This document shows positions 42,369 through 63,688 of a stretch of DNA of 64,000 nucleotides, piece after piece. The stretch lies in the NCBI RefSeq assembly GCF_009914755.1, contig NC_060925.1, one strand, 5' to 3'. A program made the translations under genes and the position numbers. Numbering within the stretch: the first letter of the stretch is position 1; each line of letters opens with the position of its first letter. The notes below the pieces were generated by a model. The model was not told the origin of the DNA and made no database searches. It worked only from the letters and a program-made list of their open reading frames with translations. This stretch comes from the human T2T-CHM13v2.0 reference genome, Homo sapiens.

Positions 42369-42848
42369 TAGGGTGACCAGTTGTCCTGGTTTGCCTGGAA
42401 CTGAGGAGTTCCAGGGACATGAGATTTTCAATGCTAAAACTGGAACAGTCAGGGTAATCACTCTATGGTTCTCCCTGTGTACATGTTAATAAATTTGTAT
42501 GAGCTGGGCACAGTGGCTTATGCCTGTAATCCCAGCACTTTGGGAGGTCAAGGCAGGTGGATCACTTGAGCTGAGTCCGAGACAAGCCTGAGCAACATAG
42601 AAAAACCTCGTCTCTACAAAAAAAAAAAAAAAGAATAAATGTGTTTGCCTTTTTTCCAAAAAACAAAACTAAAAAACAAAAAATAGCCTGGGGTCTGGTG
42701 GTGTGTGCCCATAATCCCAGCTACTCAGGAGGGTGAGGCAGAAGGACTGCTTGAGCCCAGCCCTGGGCAACATAGCAAGACCCCATCTCAAAAAAACAAA
42801 ACAAAACTGGAATAATCCCAAGCAAACCTGGACAGTTGGTTGCTCTAT
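42369..42848. mobile_element. MER94-like hAT relic interrupted by Alu fragments
   Basis: agggtgaccagttgtcctggtttgcctgg start and the inverted caagcaaacctggacagttggttgctct end. Confidence 0.6.
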
Positions 42849-45800
42849 TACTAGGCCCTGGAGACAGAACAACTTATGAGATATGACTTCTGCTCTCAAG
42901 TCGGAGAGACATGTGAGCAAATCATTACAATATGATATGTACCAAAAGAGCTCCCACACTGTAAGTGAGGCAAGATTTCTGAGGTCCTGAAACCTCTAGG
43001 ACAAGAAGGGAGTTAAGCAGATTAAAGCCAGAGTAGGAATGGGGCCATTTGGAAAGCATCGAGTCTGAACCATCAGTACAGTAAAAGACACAGTAGTAAA
43101 AAATAATAGCTAAGAATTTACTGATAATTTAGCTATGCGCCAGGCATTATGCTATATATTATCTGCTTTAATCTTTACAACCCCATAAGGTTGGATTTGT
43201 CATATGAGTGATGAAGACACCATTGGAGAGTTTTAAGCAGAAGAGTAATATAATTGTGTGCTTTAAAGATAAATGATCACTATGGCAGTATGTAAAGAGC
43301 TTTTAAAAAATCCAATACACGTACACACTCTTTTGAAATATCTGTAATCCCCCAAACCCAGTTTCATAAAAGAGATTCCAGATTCACAATACAGTTTAAA
43401 ACCAAATTGTTTAACATCTTAACTCCTCTATTCTTTTTATTTTTTCTGTTCTTCCATTGGCTTTCTACCAATGTACAAACTCTGTAAGGAAGTTATTAGG
43501 TTCTATGGCAAGGGCTCCCTCTGTTGGTTGTGCAGCAACACAACAGCAACTATTTGACATCCAGCAGAAACAATTGCTTTAGGTTTTTACAGTAATCCTT
43601 TTTTAAAGAAAATCAGAGATCTTTCCTCTAAATTTCAATAATTTGTGAAATATGGAAACAAATATAAGACCCAGTTATTCAGTCTTTGAAGTTTAAACCA
43701 AAGAAAAATTTTCTTACTTGCAGTCACCATTTTCACTGGCATCATTCCATGTCTTCATCAAAGAGCCATTTACATTCATTAAACTGGACAGCTATTTGAA
43801 TTTCATAATAGAATTATCCAGACCTTCATTTCCTATTATGCCCATAGTCATACAAATGAACTTTGTTATCACTTATCAGTAATAATCACTCATTGAGAAT
43901 GTCATTTCTATACAGCTCCCAGATCGCCTAAGCCCATGACAGATTGGCTCCCAATTCCTCCAAATGAATGCCTGGCAGCGGCTGCAATAAAAGCTCCACC
44001 ATGTAGGACTAACCCCTTCAGGCTGTAGACAGAATAATTTGCTCATTCAACCAAGATCCACTTCTACTTGCTCCAAACCAATTCTGCTCTTGGGAGACAG
44101 TTTAATAACGTAGACACTAAACTCAAGAACCCCCTGGTGTAGTGTGGAAGATATTTAACATTTGAAGCATGGCTCCAACTTGAAGCAGACTACAATAAAT
44201 GTCATTAACATAGTACAATGCGCCATAAAAGCAGAAGGAAATAGCAAGTATGATTGAGAGACTTCAGGCAGACATCTTGGAGAAGGTACTATCTGGCTTG
44301 AACAGGACAAAAGATCCATGGTGTCAGGAATGTTTGTTTTGTCCATCACTGTATCCTAAGTTCCTGTAACTTTCATTGGCACATGGTAAGTGCTTAGTAA
44401 ATAGTTACTGAATGAATGAGTAGATTTTTGAAATCAATAGGAATTTTACTTACAGGAAAAGGCAGAGAAAAAGAATTTCCCTTTTGAAAATGCTTATCCT
44501 CAAAACCTAAACAAACCTTTTGTTTGTTTAGCCTGCCAAAACCCTTCCCTTGGCTCTCTAATTTCTTCAGGATGAAATACTGTCCCTGTCTGCCAGGCAT
44601 GGTAGCTCATGCCTATAATCCCAGCACTTTGGGAGGCTGAGGGAGGAGAATCACTTGGGGCCAGGAGGTCACCAACGTGGGCAACATAGCAAGACCATGT
44701 CTCTATATATTTTTATTATTATTATTAACAGAGTGTGGTGGCACACACCTCTAGTCCCAGCTACTCAGGCGGCTGAGGTGGAAGGATAGCTTGAGCCCAG
44801 GAGTTTGAGGCTACAGTGAGTTGTGATGGAGCCACAGCACTCCGGCCTGGACAACCTGGTCTCAAAAAAAACAAAAAGAAAAGAAAAGAAAAAAAGAGCC
44901 CACGTATTTTCCCTTTATCTGCCTTTTTCACCATTAGCTTCATCTTCAGGCTGGTAACAGGATGGCTACAGAGGTTTCAAGCATCACAAAATCCAGAGGA
45001 AGAAGAGGAACTTCTTCTTTCTGTAGAATAAGGAAGTATTTTCCAGAAGCTCCCCACAATACTTTCCCTTGTCCACTTGGCCATCCCTAAATCACTCACT
45101 AGCAAGGGGGATGATGTTCCCATAAATAGTTTGGCTGATCATCTAAGGTAGAGTGGAAGTTGGTGACCTTTTATGTTAGTTACTGCAGTAAGGTCTTGCT
45201 GTAACTCCTCAGCCCCCAGAATTGGATACCTTATGTCTCTGTGTATCTGCTTTTGTGACCCTGCCCTGAAACTCACTACCATGTTCATACCCTAGACCTT
45301 GTCCCTACCAATAAATGTGTCTCTCCATAATTTCAATTTCAGGGATCCCACCCTCTGACTTTCTATATTTCCAGCTCACTTTTTTAATATCAACTCCAAC
45401 AATCTTCCAATCCCACAGGGACCTATATGCCACTGATGATCTTACCACATTCCTTTTCACAATCTTCCATCCCCTACACAAATTCTTCTATATCCAGCTT
45501 AAATATCATGGTCAATCATTATAATCACTCTCTTGCATATCCCCTGGACTCCCTTGCTCCCTTCACTTCATGGTACTCTCTTGGCAAATCTGCAGTTCTG
45601 CTTGTATCCAACTCTCTGCTTACTCAGTACCTGGACCAAGACCTGGAGTAGGACTGGAGAAAAATACATACCAATGTTAATTAGTCTTACTCTACGCTTA
45701 ATGTCTTTACTGCTGAATAGTAAAGCTGCTTAGCAATTACAACGTATTTCTCCAGTCCATTTTATGTTTCATTCTCTGAGATGACCTCCATGAGATCTCC

Positions 45801-46179
45801 TGTCTCCTAAAACTTTCAATACCTCCTTTTGATTTTTTTGTTTTTTCCTGCAAATGCTATGGTGACTTACCTTCTTTTCAGTGCTTGTTTTCCAGCTGCT
45901 TACTTTGCTTATTTTACCGAGAAAACACAGGCAACTAGAGGGGAATTTCCATATGTTCCCATCACCCCCATCTAACTCCTAGCTACATCAGTGCTCACAC
46001 CTCTGCTTTCTCTGTTAATGTGGATGCAGTCTGTGATCTAGCAGACCCATTCTTATTATGCAGTAGATTCCATCCCTTCCCATCAACTCAAAGAAATTTC
46101 CCCCAGCAATTCTTCCATTCTATATTCTGCATCACCAATATTTTTTATTTTATTTATTTATTTATTTATTTATTTATTA

Positions 46180-46406
46180 CTAGATCAGGAATAATTTTGC
46201 CATCCCCCTTCCACAAGAGACATTTGGCAATTTCTGGAGACTCTTGTGGTTATCACAACCCAGGAAAGAAGCAGGGCGCACTACTGGCCTCTAGTGGACA
46301 GAATGCTAAGAAGCTTTCTAAACATCTTACAATGCAGAGGATGGCCCTTCTTAACAAAGAATTATTCTGCCTAAAATGTCAGTCCCAAATTGAGAAACCC
46401 TGTACT
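46180..46406. mobile_element. MER20 hAT relic
   Basis: gacatttggcaatttctggagac...ttgagaaaccctg. Confidence 0.75.
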
Positions 46407-46819
46407 AGGCCATTCCTATAAGCACATAAACACACACACACAAGTGCTATTATTTCTCCCATTTTAAAAATCACCCTCCCGTGACTCCACATACCCTTCC
46501 AATTTCAATCCTATTTCCTGCTCCCGTTTACTGAAAAGTCCTCAAAAGTCTTATCTAATCTCACTGTGTCCACTTCCTTTCCTCTAAGTCTCACTTAGAC
46601 TTTCCCAATCTGGCTGTGACCCAATATCCCATTGGAATTGCTTTTGTCAAGACCACAAATGGCCTCCATGTTGTTAAGTCCCAGGGTCAATTCTCAGCAG
46701 CACATGATTGAATTGATTACTCCCTTTACCTAGAAGTGCCTCCTTCATTTGACTGCTAGAATCTACCCTCTCCTTGTTTTCTTTCTATTCTTTTTTTTAG
46801 GTTCATGCTAATTACTTTT

Positions 46820-47245
46820 TTTACTTTTTTATTAATACATGATAATTGTACATATTTGTGTGGTACATGTCATACTTTGATACATGCATACAATGTGTAA
46901 TGATCAAATCAGGGTATTTAGGATATGCATCACCTCAAATATTTATCATTTATTTTTGTCCAGAACGTTTCAAATCTTCTCTTCTAGCTATTTGGAAATA
47001 TACAGCACATTGGTGTTAACTATATTCACCCTACTGTGCTGCCAAACTCTAGAACTTATTCCTTCTATCTAACCATATGTTTGTACCCGTTAACAAATCT
47101 CTCGGCATCCTCCTACCCCCACCCAGCCTCTGGTAACTATCATTCCACTCTCCACCTCTATGAGATCAACATTTTACAGCTCTCACATATGAGTGAGAAC
47201 ATGCAATATTTGTCTTTCTGTGCCTGGCTTTTTTCACTTAATCTA
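46820..47245 (-). mobile_element. L1MA-type 3' end
   Basis: catgcatacaatgtgtaatgatcaaatcaggg...gagtgagaacatgcaatatttgtctttc. Confidence 0.8.
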
Positions 47246-47842
47246 ATTTGAATAATTCCCCCTCAGTCTCCCTTTCTGGTTGCCCATATACTGACCTCTA
47301 AATGTTGGAGTTCCTGAAGCTCATTCCTTGCACTTTTCTCTTGTATGTACTTGCTCCCTGGGCAGCCTCATTCAGTCCTGTGACTTCAAATATCATCTAC
47401 GTACTGATAGATCCCACATTTTTATCTCTAGCCTGGATCTCTCCCCTGAACTACAACTCATGTGTCAAACTGCCTACTTAGCAGCTCCACCTGAATATTT
47501 AAAATGCATATAAAGCTTAGCATGTCCAAACTGAGCTTCAGATCTTTCCCTTGAATCCTGCTTCTTCCTCAGTCTCATTCTTCAAAGTAAACAATTCCAG
47601 TCTTTCATTTCCTTATGGTTAAACCTTGGTATAACATTTGACTTTACTCTTTCACACCTGAATTTGACCTGTCAGCAAAATCTTACTAAGCTCTACCTTT
47701 AAAATATGGTACAGAGGCATACCTCAAAGATATTGTGGGTTCAGTTCCAGACCATCACAATAAAGTGAATATAGCAATAAAGTGAGTCACACAAATTTTT
47801 TGGTTTGGTTTCCCAGTACATAGAAAACTTATGTTTCTACTA

Positions 47843-48004
<162 letters not shown>

Positions 48005-48007
48005 CTA

Positions 48008-48531
<524 letters not shown>

Positions 48532-48534
48532 TGA

Positions 48535-48861
<327 letters not shown>

Positions 48862-48925
48862 TGAGCCTTCAGCAAGTCATAATCTTTATGCTGGTGGAGG
48901 CTCCATGTTGATGGCTGCTGACTGA

Positions 48926-49167
<242 letters not shown>

Positions 49168-49699
49168 TAAGACAATGTAGCATTTGCCGCATGAATTGAC
49201 ACTTCCTTTCATGAAAGATTTATCTGTAGTATGCAGTACTATTTGATAGCATTTTACTCATAGTAGAATATCTTCCAAAATTGGACTCAGTCCTCTCAAA
49301 CCCTGCTGCTGCTTTATCAACTAAGTTTATGTCATATTCTAAATCCTTTGTTGTCATTTCTACCATTCTACATTTCACAGTATCTTCATCAGGAGTAGAT
49401 TCCATCTCAAGAAACCACTTTCTGGCTAGGCACGATGGCACACACCTGTAATCCCAGAACTTTGGGAGTCCAGAGTGAGAGAATCACGTGAGCTTGGGCA
49501 TTCTAAACCAGCCTTGGCAACATAGTGAGACCCCCATCTCCTCACAAAAATTATTTTTAATTAGCTGAGCAGGGTGGTGCACACATGTAGTACTAGTTAC
49601 TTGGAAGGTTGAACCAGGAGGATGGCTTGAGTCTAGGAGGTCAAGGTTGCAGTGAGCCATGATTGCCAGCCTGGGCAACACAGTGAGACTCTGTCTCTA

Positions 49700-50035
<336 letters not shown>

Positions 50036-50812
50036 TTATTTGCTCATCCATAAGAAACAACTCTGCATCCATTTAAATTTTATCATGAGATTGCAGCAAT
50101 TCAGTCACATCTTCAGGTTCCATTTCTAATTCTAGTTCCCTTGCTACTTCTATCATACCTGCAGTTACTTCCTCTAGTGAAGTCTTGAGCCCCTCTGAAA
50201 GTCATCCATGAGTTATAGAGTCACTTTCTTCCAAACTCCTGTAAATGTTGGTTTTTGGCTTCCTCCCTGGAACCACAAATATTCTTAATGGCATCTAGAA
50301 TGGTGAATCCTTTCCAGAAGGTTTTCAATGTACTTTGCCCAAATCCATCAGCAGAATCACTATCTATGGCAGCTATAGCCTTATGAAATGTAATTTTAAA
50401 TAATAAGACTTGCAGGTTTAAATTACTCCTTGATCCATGGGCTGCAGAAAGGATGTGTATTAGCAGGCATGAAAACAACATTCATCTCCTTGTACATCTC
50501 CATTAGAGCTCTTGGGTGACTAAATGCATTGTGAATGAGTATGAGCAGTAATCTTTGTAATCTTTTTTCTTTCTTCTTCTTCTTCTTCTTTTTTTTTTTT
50601 TTTAGTAATAACCTTTTGAAAGCAACCTTTTTTCTGATCAATAGGTCTCAACAGTGGACTAAAAAATTCAATAGGGGCCAGGAACAATGGCTCACATCTC
50701 TAATCCCAGCATTTAGGAGGTGGAGTCAGGAGTGTCTCTTGATGCCAGGAGTTTGAGGATCAGCCTGGGCAACATAGCAAGACCCTGTCTCTACAAAAAA
50801 TTTAAAAAATTA

Positions 50813-50959
<147 letters not shown>

Positions 50960-50962
50960 TTA

Positions 50963-51103
<141 letters not shown>

Positions 51104-51130
51104 TCAAAAAAATAAAAATAAAAAAAAATT

Positions 51131-51570
51131 GAGTTCCAGGTGCAAGGCAGCCACTGAGGAGAGCAGAGTGCAGCAGCTGAAGGCTGGTGAGTCAGAGCCA
51201 TGATGTTCTGGATTGAGGGCCTCACACCGAAGCTGGACCTGGAGGAGATGAAACAGAACAGAAGACATGCAAAGATGTGATCTCCTCCATACTGAACTTC
51301 CTCAGCTACATGGCCCTACTGCAAGTCACTCCTTTTATCTTAAAGAAATTGGACAGCATATGAAGATTGGGCATCATGTGTGAATGCATAATACGAAGAA
51401 TCTGGCTACAGTTTCTACTCCTCTCTGCAAGTGAAAAGGCCCAGAAAGGTGTAAGAGACCCTTTGAATGGACATATTCAACAAATTCTGCTTGTTAAGAA
51501 CAACTTTGGCTCTGGTAACTGACCTTCGTAGCTAAAATATAAAACTATAAGGAAGTATAAAAAATAAAAT
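51131..51570 (+). pseudogene. Processed TOMM5 pseudogene (CDS relic 51203-51363)
   Basis: [18 protein letters not shown][+aacag][33 protein letters not shown] versus recalled TOMM5 [51 protein letters not shown]. Intronless, with UTR-like flanks, an A-rich tail and a 5-nt duplication frameshift. Confidence 0.9.
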
Positions 51571-52003
51571 AATTAGCTGGGTGTGGTGGCACATACCTGT
51601 GGTCCCAGCTACTCAGGAGACTGAGGTGGAAGGATCACTTGGTCCAAGAGATCAAGGCTGCAGTGGGCTGTAATTGTGCAACTACACTCCAGCCTGAATC
51701 ACAGAGCAAGACCGTCTCAAAAAATATATACAGGCTGCGCATGGTGGCTCACGCCTGTAATCCCAGCACTTTGGGAGGCCTAGGTGGGGGGATCACTTGA
51801 GATCAGGAGTTCAAGACCAGCCTGGCCAACATGGCGAAACCCCGTCTCTACTAAAAATGCAAAAATTAGCCAGGCATGGTGGCACACGCTTGTAATCCCA
51901 GCTACTCAGGAGGCTGAGACAGGAGAATTGCTTGAACCCAGGAGCCGAGATCGTACCACTGTACCCCAGCCTGGGCAACAGAGCAAAGCTCTGTCTCAAA
52001 AAA

Positions 52004-52043
<40 letters not shown>

Positions 52044-52903
52044 TGAAACCATACTGTAAAAAAGAGGTGTGCTGTCATCCAGAGTTTGTTGTTTCATTTC
52101 TAGAGCATAAGCAGAGTAGAGTTAGCATAATTCTCAAAGGCCTTAGGATTTTCAGAATGATCGATGAGGAACTGGCTTCAACTTAAAGTCACCAGCTGCA
52201 TTAGCACCTAGCAAGAGAGTCAGCCACTCCCTTGAAGCTGTGAAGCCAGGCATTGACTTTTGTCTAGCTATAAAAGTTCTAGATGGCATCTTGTTCCAAT
52301 GGAAAGTTGTTTCATCTACATTGAAAATCTGTTGTTTTGCCTTCAGATCAGTGATGTCAAAAAAAAGAAAAGAAAAGAAAAGAAAATCTGTTGTTTAGTG
52401 TACTCACCTTCATCAACTATCTCAGCCAGATCTTCTGAATAACTTGCTGCTGCTTCTACATCAGCACTTGCTGCTTCACCTTGCACTTATATGTCATGGA
52501 TATGGTTTCTTTTCTTAAACCTCATGGACCAACCTCTTCTAGCTTAAAACTTGTCTCCTGAAGCTTCCTCATCTCCCTTCGCCTTCATAGAATTGCTCTG
52601 GATTAGGCTTCAGCTTAAAGGCATATTGTAGCTGGTTTGATCTTCTATCCAGATCACTCTCACTTTCTCCATATCAGCAATAAGGCAGTTTTGCTTTCTT
52701 ATTATTCATATGTTCACTGGAGTAGCATTTTATTTATTTATTTATTTATTTATTTATTTGAGACAGTCTCAAACAAATAACAATAAATGTTGCCCAGGCT
52801 GGTCTCAAAATCCTGGGCTCAAGTGACCCTCTGGCCTGTCTCCCAAGTAGCTGGGATTACACATGTGCATCATGCCCATCAACATCTTTTTTTTTTTTTT
52901 TAA

Positions 52904-53122
<219 letters not shown>

Positions 53123-53677
53123 TGATCCACCTGCCTCAGCCTCCCACAGTGCTGGGATTACAGGCGTGAGCCACCGCACCTGGCCAACACTTTTAATTTC
53201 CTTCAATAACTTTTCCTTTGCATTCACAACTTTGCAAACTGTCACAAGAGGCCTAGTTTTCAGCCTATCTCTGCTTTTGACATGCCTTCCTCACTAAACA
53301 ATAATTTCTAGCTTTCGATTTATAGTGAGAAATGGCCAGGCACAGTGGCTCACTCCTGTAATCCCAGTGCTTTGGGAGACAAGACAAGAGGATCACTTAA
53401 GGCAAGAAGTTCAAGACCAGCTTGGGCAAAATAGCAAGACCCCCCATCTCTACAAAACATTAAATAGTCTGGGCACAGTGGCTCATGCTTGTAGTCCCAG
53501 CACTTGGAGAGGCCGAAGCAGGAGGATCGGTTGAGCTCAGGAGTTCAAGACCAGCCTGGGCAATACAGTGAGACCTCATCTCCAAAAAAAAAAAAAGTAA
53601 ATATGGCCGGGAGTGGTGGCTCATGCCTGTAATCCCAGCACTTTGGGAGGCTGAGGCAGGTGGATCACCTGAGATCA

Positions 53678-53986
<309 letters not shown>

Positions 53987-54302
53987 TTACTTAGACACCA
54001 TTGTAGGATTATTAATTGGCCTAATTTCAATATTGTCATGTCTCAGGGAATAGGTAGGCCTGAGGAGAGAGAGACACAGGGGAATGCTGGTTGGTGGAGC
54101 AGTCAGAACACATACAACATTTACTGATTATGTTCACCATTTTATATGGGCACAGCTTGTAGCACTCCCAAAACAATTTCAATAGTAGCATCAAAGATCA
54201 CTGATCACAGATCACCATAACAGATAATAATAATGACAAAGTTGTATTAGTTTTTTTGTATGTTTGGTTTTCTTTTCTTTTTTTTTAATAAATTGATGTG
54301 GA

Positions 54303-54676
<374 letters not shown>

Positions 54677-55184
54677 TCAGGTAATCCACCTGCCTTGGCC
54701 TACCAAAGTGCTGGGACTATAGGCATGAGCCACCGCACTCGGCTATGTTTGGGTTTTTTTAGAGACAAGAGTCTCGCTGTGTCACCCAGGCAGGGGTGCA
54801 GTGGCATAATCATAGCGTTACTGCAGCCTCAAACTCCTGGACTCAAGCAATCCTCCAGCTTCAGCCTCTGAGCGACTGGGACTACAGGTGCATGCCACCA
54901 CAACCAGCTAAGGCAAAGTTTTAAATATTGTGAGAATTACTAAAATGTGACACAAAGACATGAAGTCAGCACATGCTACCGGAAAAATGGCACCAATAGA
55001 CTTGCTGGATGAAGGGTTACCACAAACCTTCAATTTGTGGGGAAAAAAAACCACACAATATCTACAAAGCACAATAAAGTGAAGCACAATAAAAACAAGG
55101 TATGCGGCTGGGCGTGATGGCTCATGCCTGTAATCCCAGCACTTTGGGAGGCCAAGGCAGGTAGATCACGAGGTCAGGAGTTCA

Positions 55185-55544
<360 letters not shown>

Positions 55545-55620
55545 CTACTTTTTTCCTCCTTCAGTCTATTACCAACACAAAAAACACAATGAAAATGTGA
55601 TATCATAAAGTAGACCATAA

Positions 55621-55935
<315 letters not shown>

Positions 55936-57029
55936 TAGGCCTCCCAAAGTGCTGGGATTATAGACATGAGCCACCGCGCCCGGCCTCAAAATTATTATAA
56001 TATTTACTCTGCTTCAGTTAATCTAGCCTCCTTGCTGTTTCCAAATTACACCAAGCATACTCCAGCCGCAGGGTCTTTGCACTCGTTCTTCCCTATAACT
56101 GGAATGCTTTCCTCTTTGTGAAAATACAAGGTCTTTGCTTAAATATAAACTTTCAGAGGGGCCTTCCTGGACTCCTCTATCTCATTGATACTTCCTATCC
56201 TCCTTTCTTGCTTTATTTTTTTTCTGGCCCTTCTCACCATCTGATATAATATATATGTTCTTTCTTTATGCGTTATCTGCCTGTTTCTTCCTAACAGAAG
56301 CTAAGCTCCATGAAGGCACGTCAGTTCTGTTCACTGATGTATCCGCAGTGCCTAGAACAATGCCTCACACATAGTAAGTTTTCCATACGTATTTATAGAG
56401 AGAATGCGTCAGCCTCAATGACCGCTACAGGGAAGGACTGTGTCTGACTCTTCTCTGAATCCCTAGGGCCCACCTGACAGCTGGCACAGGATAGGAACTA
56501 GTAGAATAAATGAATTGTTATTGTTGTTTTAAGGAGTTGTGCCTGTTTTATCCTTCAGTGCTTTCTTGATTCTCATGGGGTAACAATTTTTACTCTTTCC
56601 TCACCTCCCAAATACTCCTGTGGAGAGATAGAGATCTTCCTGGGGCACTCTCTCTAAGTCACTTGACACCTGGGATCTCACTGAATCTCTCCCCTTTTCC
56701 CATACTTTTGGACTGAGACCATGTATCCCAGCTATGCCCTGGACATGTATGTCACCATTCCTCCTGCTGGCTCCATTTCTAGAACACCTATGCTTTCTAC
56801 CTAATTTTAGGTGTCTGGTTTCTCCTTCAGGGTAGAAATGATATTTGACTTCTCTGTGTCCCTAGGACTAGCCATAGGGCCCAGCACATATCAAGCACTC
56901 TATAAATGGTTCTTGGACTAAACCTTTGCCTGTTTCCACCTGTTTCCTGTCATTTCATAGTTCTCATTCTCTCCATAAGTCTACTGTAGCCACCCAAATA
57001 CCTTAGTAAATGTATTAGTATACATGTCT

Positions 57030-57245
57030 CTGTGGTGTTGTAATTAAGAACACAGGCTTTGGAATCCAATAGGCTTAATCTTGGCTCTGTTACTTAATGG
57101 TTATGACTTTGAGCAAGATATTTTACTTCTCTGAGCCTCTCTTTCTTCACTGGTAAAATGAAAATAATAATGCCACAAGAGGTTACAGTGAAGATTAAAC
57201 TCAATAGTGTATACAAAGCCCTAGCACTCTAGCACATAATAGCTA
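57030..57245 (+). mobile_element. MIR SINE
   Basis: ttaagaacacaggctttggaatc...gactttgagcaagatattttacttctctgagcctc. Confidence 0.7.
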
Positions 57246-57616
57246 CATGAATGATAATAGTGGTATCCACTAGCCAACGACAATAAAACTATGAATATTT
57301 TGAGGGTCAAGGACTGTATCTCTAGCATCTGGAGAATATAGACTTTGTCAGGGAAGGAAATGATTAGAGACGGGGCTGGTGAAGTCAGTTGGAGCCACAT
57401 TATGAAGGGTTAAGCAGTTTAGCCTTTATTCTTTAGATAATGAAGACTAATGAAAGAGTTATGGTAACACCTAAAGCTAAGAGCAAGTCAAAGACGATAT
57501 TTTTGAGTACCAAATGAGGAAAGCCAGGAGAGCTGCCTGGGGCCATGTTAGCAATTAATTGAACCTTATGGTAACTGACATCAGTTATGAACTCAGGCTA
57601 TAGTTGCATGATGTCA

Positions 57617-57748
57617 GCCTTTCAGATGAAAATGAAAACTTCAGTCAAACATCTGGTTGTTTAGTCTACCCAACATCAAAGACCTGGCAGTTCTGAAACT
57701 TTCAGATGTTTGACTGAATGGTTTAGTTTCCATCTTCATCTTAGAGGC
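57617..57748. repeat. Inverted repeat / hairpin
   Basis: ttcagtcaaacatctg (57640-57655) is the exact reverse complement of 57703-57718; imperfect outer arms extend it. Confidence 0.85.
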
Positions 57749-58937
57749 CTGGTAGGCACAATCACTATGATTTTTGTCAGCTTTGGGCTTGAGGGTTTTT
57801 TTTTAATCTTTTAATTATGGAAACATTTCTATAACAACATAAAATGATTTTTTTAAAAAAAAGAAACAGTGGAGGTGGGGGTTAGGGTGGGAGGATCGCT
57901 TGAGGACAGGAGTTCAAGCCCAGCCTGGACAACATAGAGAGGCCCTGTCTTTACTAAAAATAAAAAAATTGGCTGGGCATGGTGGCACGCACCCGTAGTC
58001 TCAGCTACGCAGGAGGCTGAGGCAAAAGAATCCCTTGAGCCTAGGAGTTTGAAGTTACAGTGAGCTATGATCGCGCCACTGCATTCTAGCCTGGGTGACA
58101 GAGCAAGACCCTGTTTCTAAAAACAGGAAAGAAAGAAAGAAACAAGCAAAAATAAAACCTCCCTAATTCTACCTTGTTAAAACAACTGGTTTTATTTTTG
58201 CATGTTCCCTTAATAGATATATAAAGTTTACATTGCTTATCCACGGGAACATATGTTTGTGCCCTTTTCATTGCACTTATTGTTATGTTTGATTTAAATG
58301 TAATTCATATTTTTTGTATATTTTTTATAGAGATAAGGTCTTACTATGTTGCCCTGTCTGGTCTAAAACTCCTGGGCTCAAGCCATCCTCCTGCCTTGGC
58401 CTCCCAAAGTGCTAGGATTACAGGCATGAAGCAAAGCACCTGGCCTCATATTTTTAAATAATTACTATATAATATTATCAACTGGATATGCTAGAATCTA
58501 CTGAATTTGAACATTCTGGGGTTGATGTAAATTTTTGTGACTCTTGGCCGGGCACGGTGGCTCACGCCTGTAATCCCAGCACTTTGCGAGGCCGAGGTGG
58601 GTAGATCATGAGGTCAGGAGATCGAGACCATCCTGGCTAACACAGTGAAACCCTGTCTCTACTAAAATACAAAAAAATTAGCCAGGTGTGGTGGTGGGCA
58701 CCTGTAGTCCCAGCTACTCAGGAGGCTGGGGAAGGAGAATGGCATGAACCCAGGAGGCAGAGCTTGCAGTGAGCCGAGATCGCACCACTGCACTCCAGCC
58801 TGGGCAACAGAGTGAGACTCTATCTCAAAAAAAAATTTTTTTGTGCCTCTAATTTTTCATTAAGATAAACAACCAGCTGGGCAAAGTGGCTCACACCTGT
58901 AATCCCAGCACTTTGGGAGGCCAAGGCGGGCAGATCA

Positions 58938-59195
<258 letters not shown>

Positions 59196-59209
59196 TTATA
59201 ATAATTTCA

Positions 59210-59569
<360 letters not shown>

Positions 59570-59572
59570 TCA

Positions 59573-59862
<290 letters not shown>

Positions 59863-59924
59863 TCAAAAAATAATAATGATAATAATAAAATAAAAGTCAC
59901 AGCATTTTTATGACTCAATACAGA

Positions 59925-60637
<713 letters not shown>

Positions 60638-60833
60638 TTAGACTGATATCAACAACATATGAGTTCCCACAACAGATTTCCCACATAAGATTTCACCACA
60701 ATCTTATCACCATTGATGTTATCATTTCAATGTTTTAATTTCTGGTCAATTGGGCCAGTTCTAACATAACACATGTAACCATATACTTATCCCTTCTCCT
60801 CTCCCAAAACATCAATACAAGGAGAACAAATGA

Positions 60834-60977
<144 letters not shown>

Positions 60978-61419
60978 TGAGTAGCTGGGACTTACAGGCA
61001 TGTACCACCATGCCTGGCTAATTTTTTTTTTTTTTTTTTTTGGTATTTTTTGGTAGAGACAGGGTTTTTCCATGTTGGCAGGCTGGTCTCGAACTCCTGA
61101 CCTCAAGTGATCCACCTACCTCAGCCTCCCAAAGTCCTAGGATTACAGGCCACCACACCCGGCCCCAGTGAGAACAAATGATTGTTTTAAAGGTATAAAC
61201 TCAGCTGGGCATGGTGGCTCACAACTGTAATCCCAGCACTTTGGGAGGCTGAAGCAGGAGCCTCACTCAAGGCCAGGAGTTCGAGACCAGGCTGAGCAAC
61301 ATAGCAAGACCCCATTTAAAAAGACAGAAACTGGTTGGGCATGGTGGCTCGCGCCTGTAATCCCAGCCCTTTCGGAGGCCGAGGTGGGAGGATCATTTGA
61401 GGTCAGGAGTTCAAGATCA

Positions 61420-63330
<1,911 letters not shown>

Positions 63331-63340
63331 ATTACTTTGA

Positions 63341-63688
<348 letters not shown>

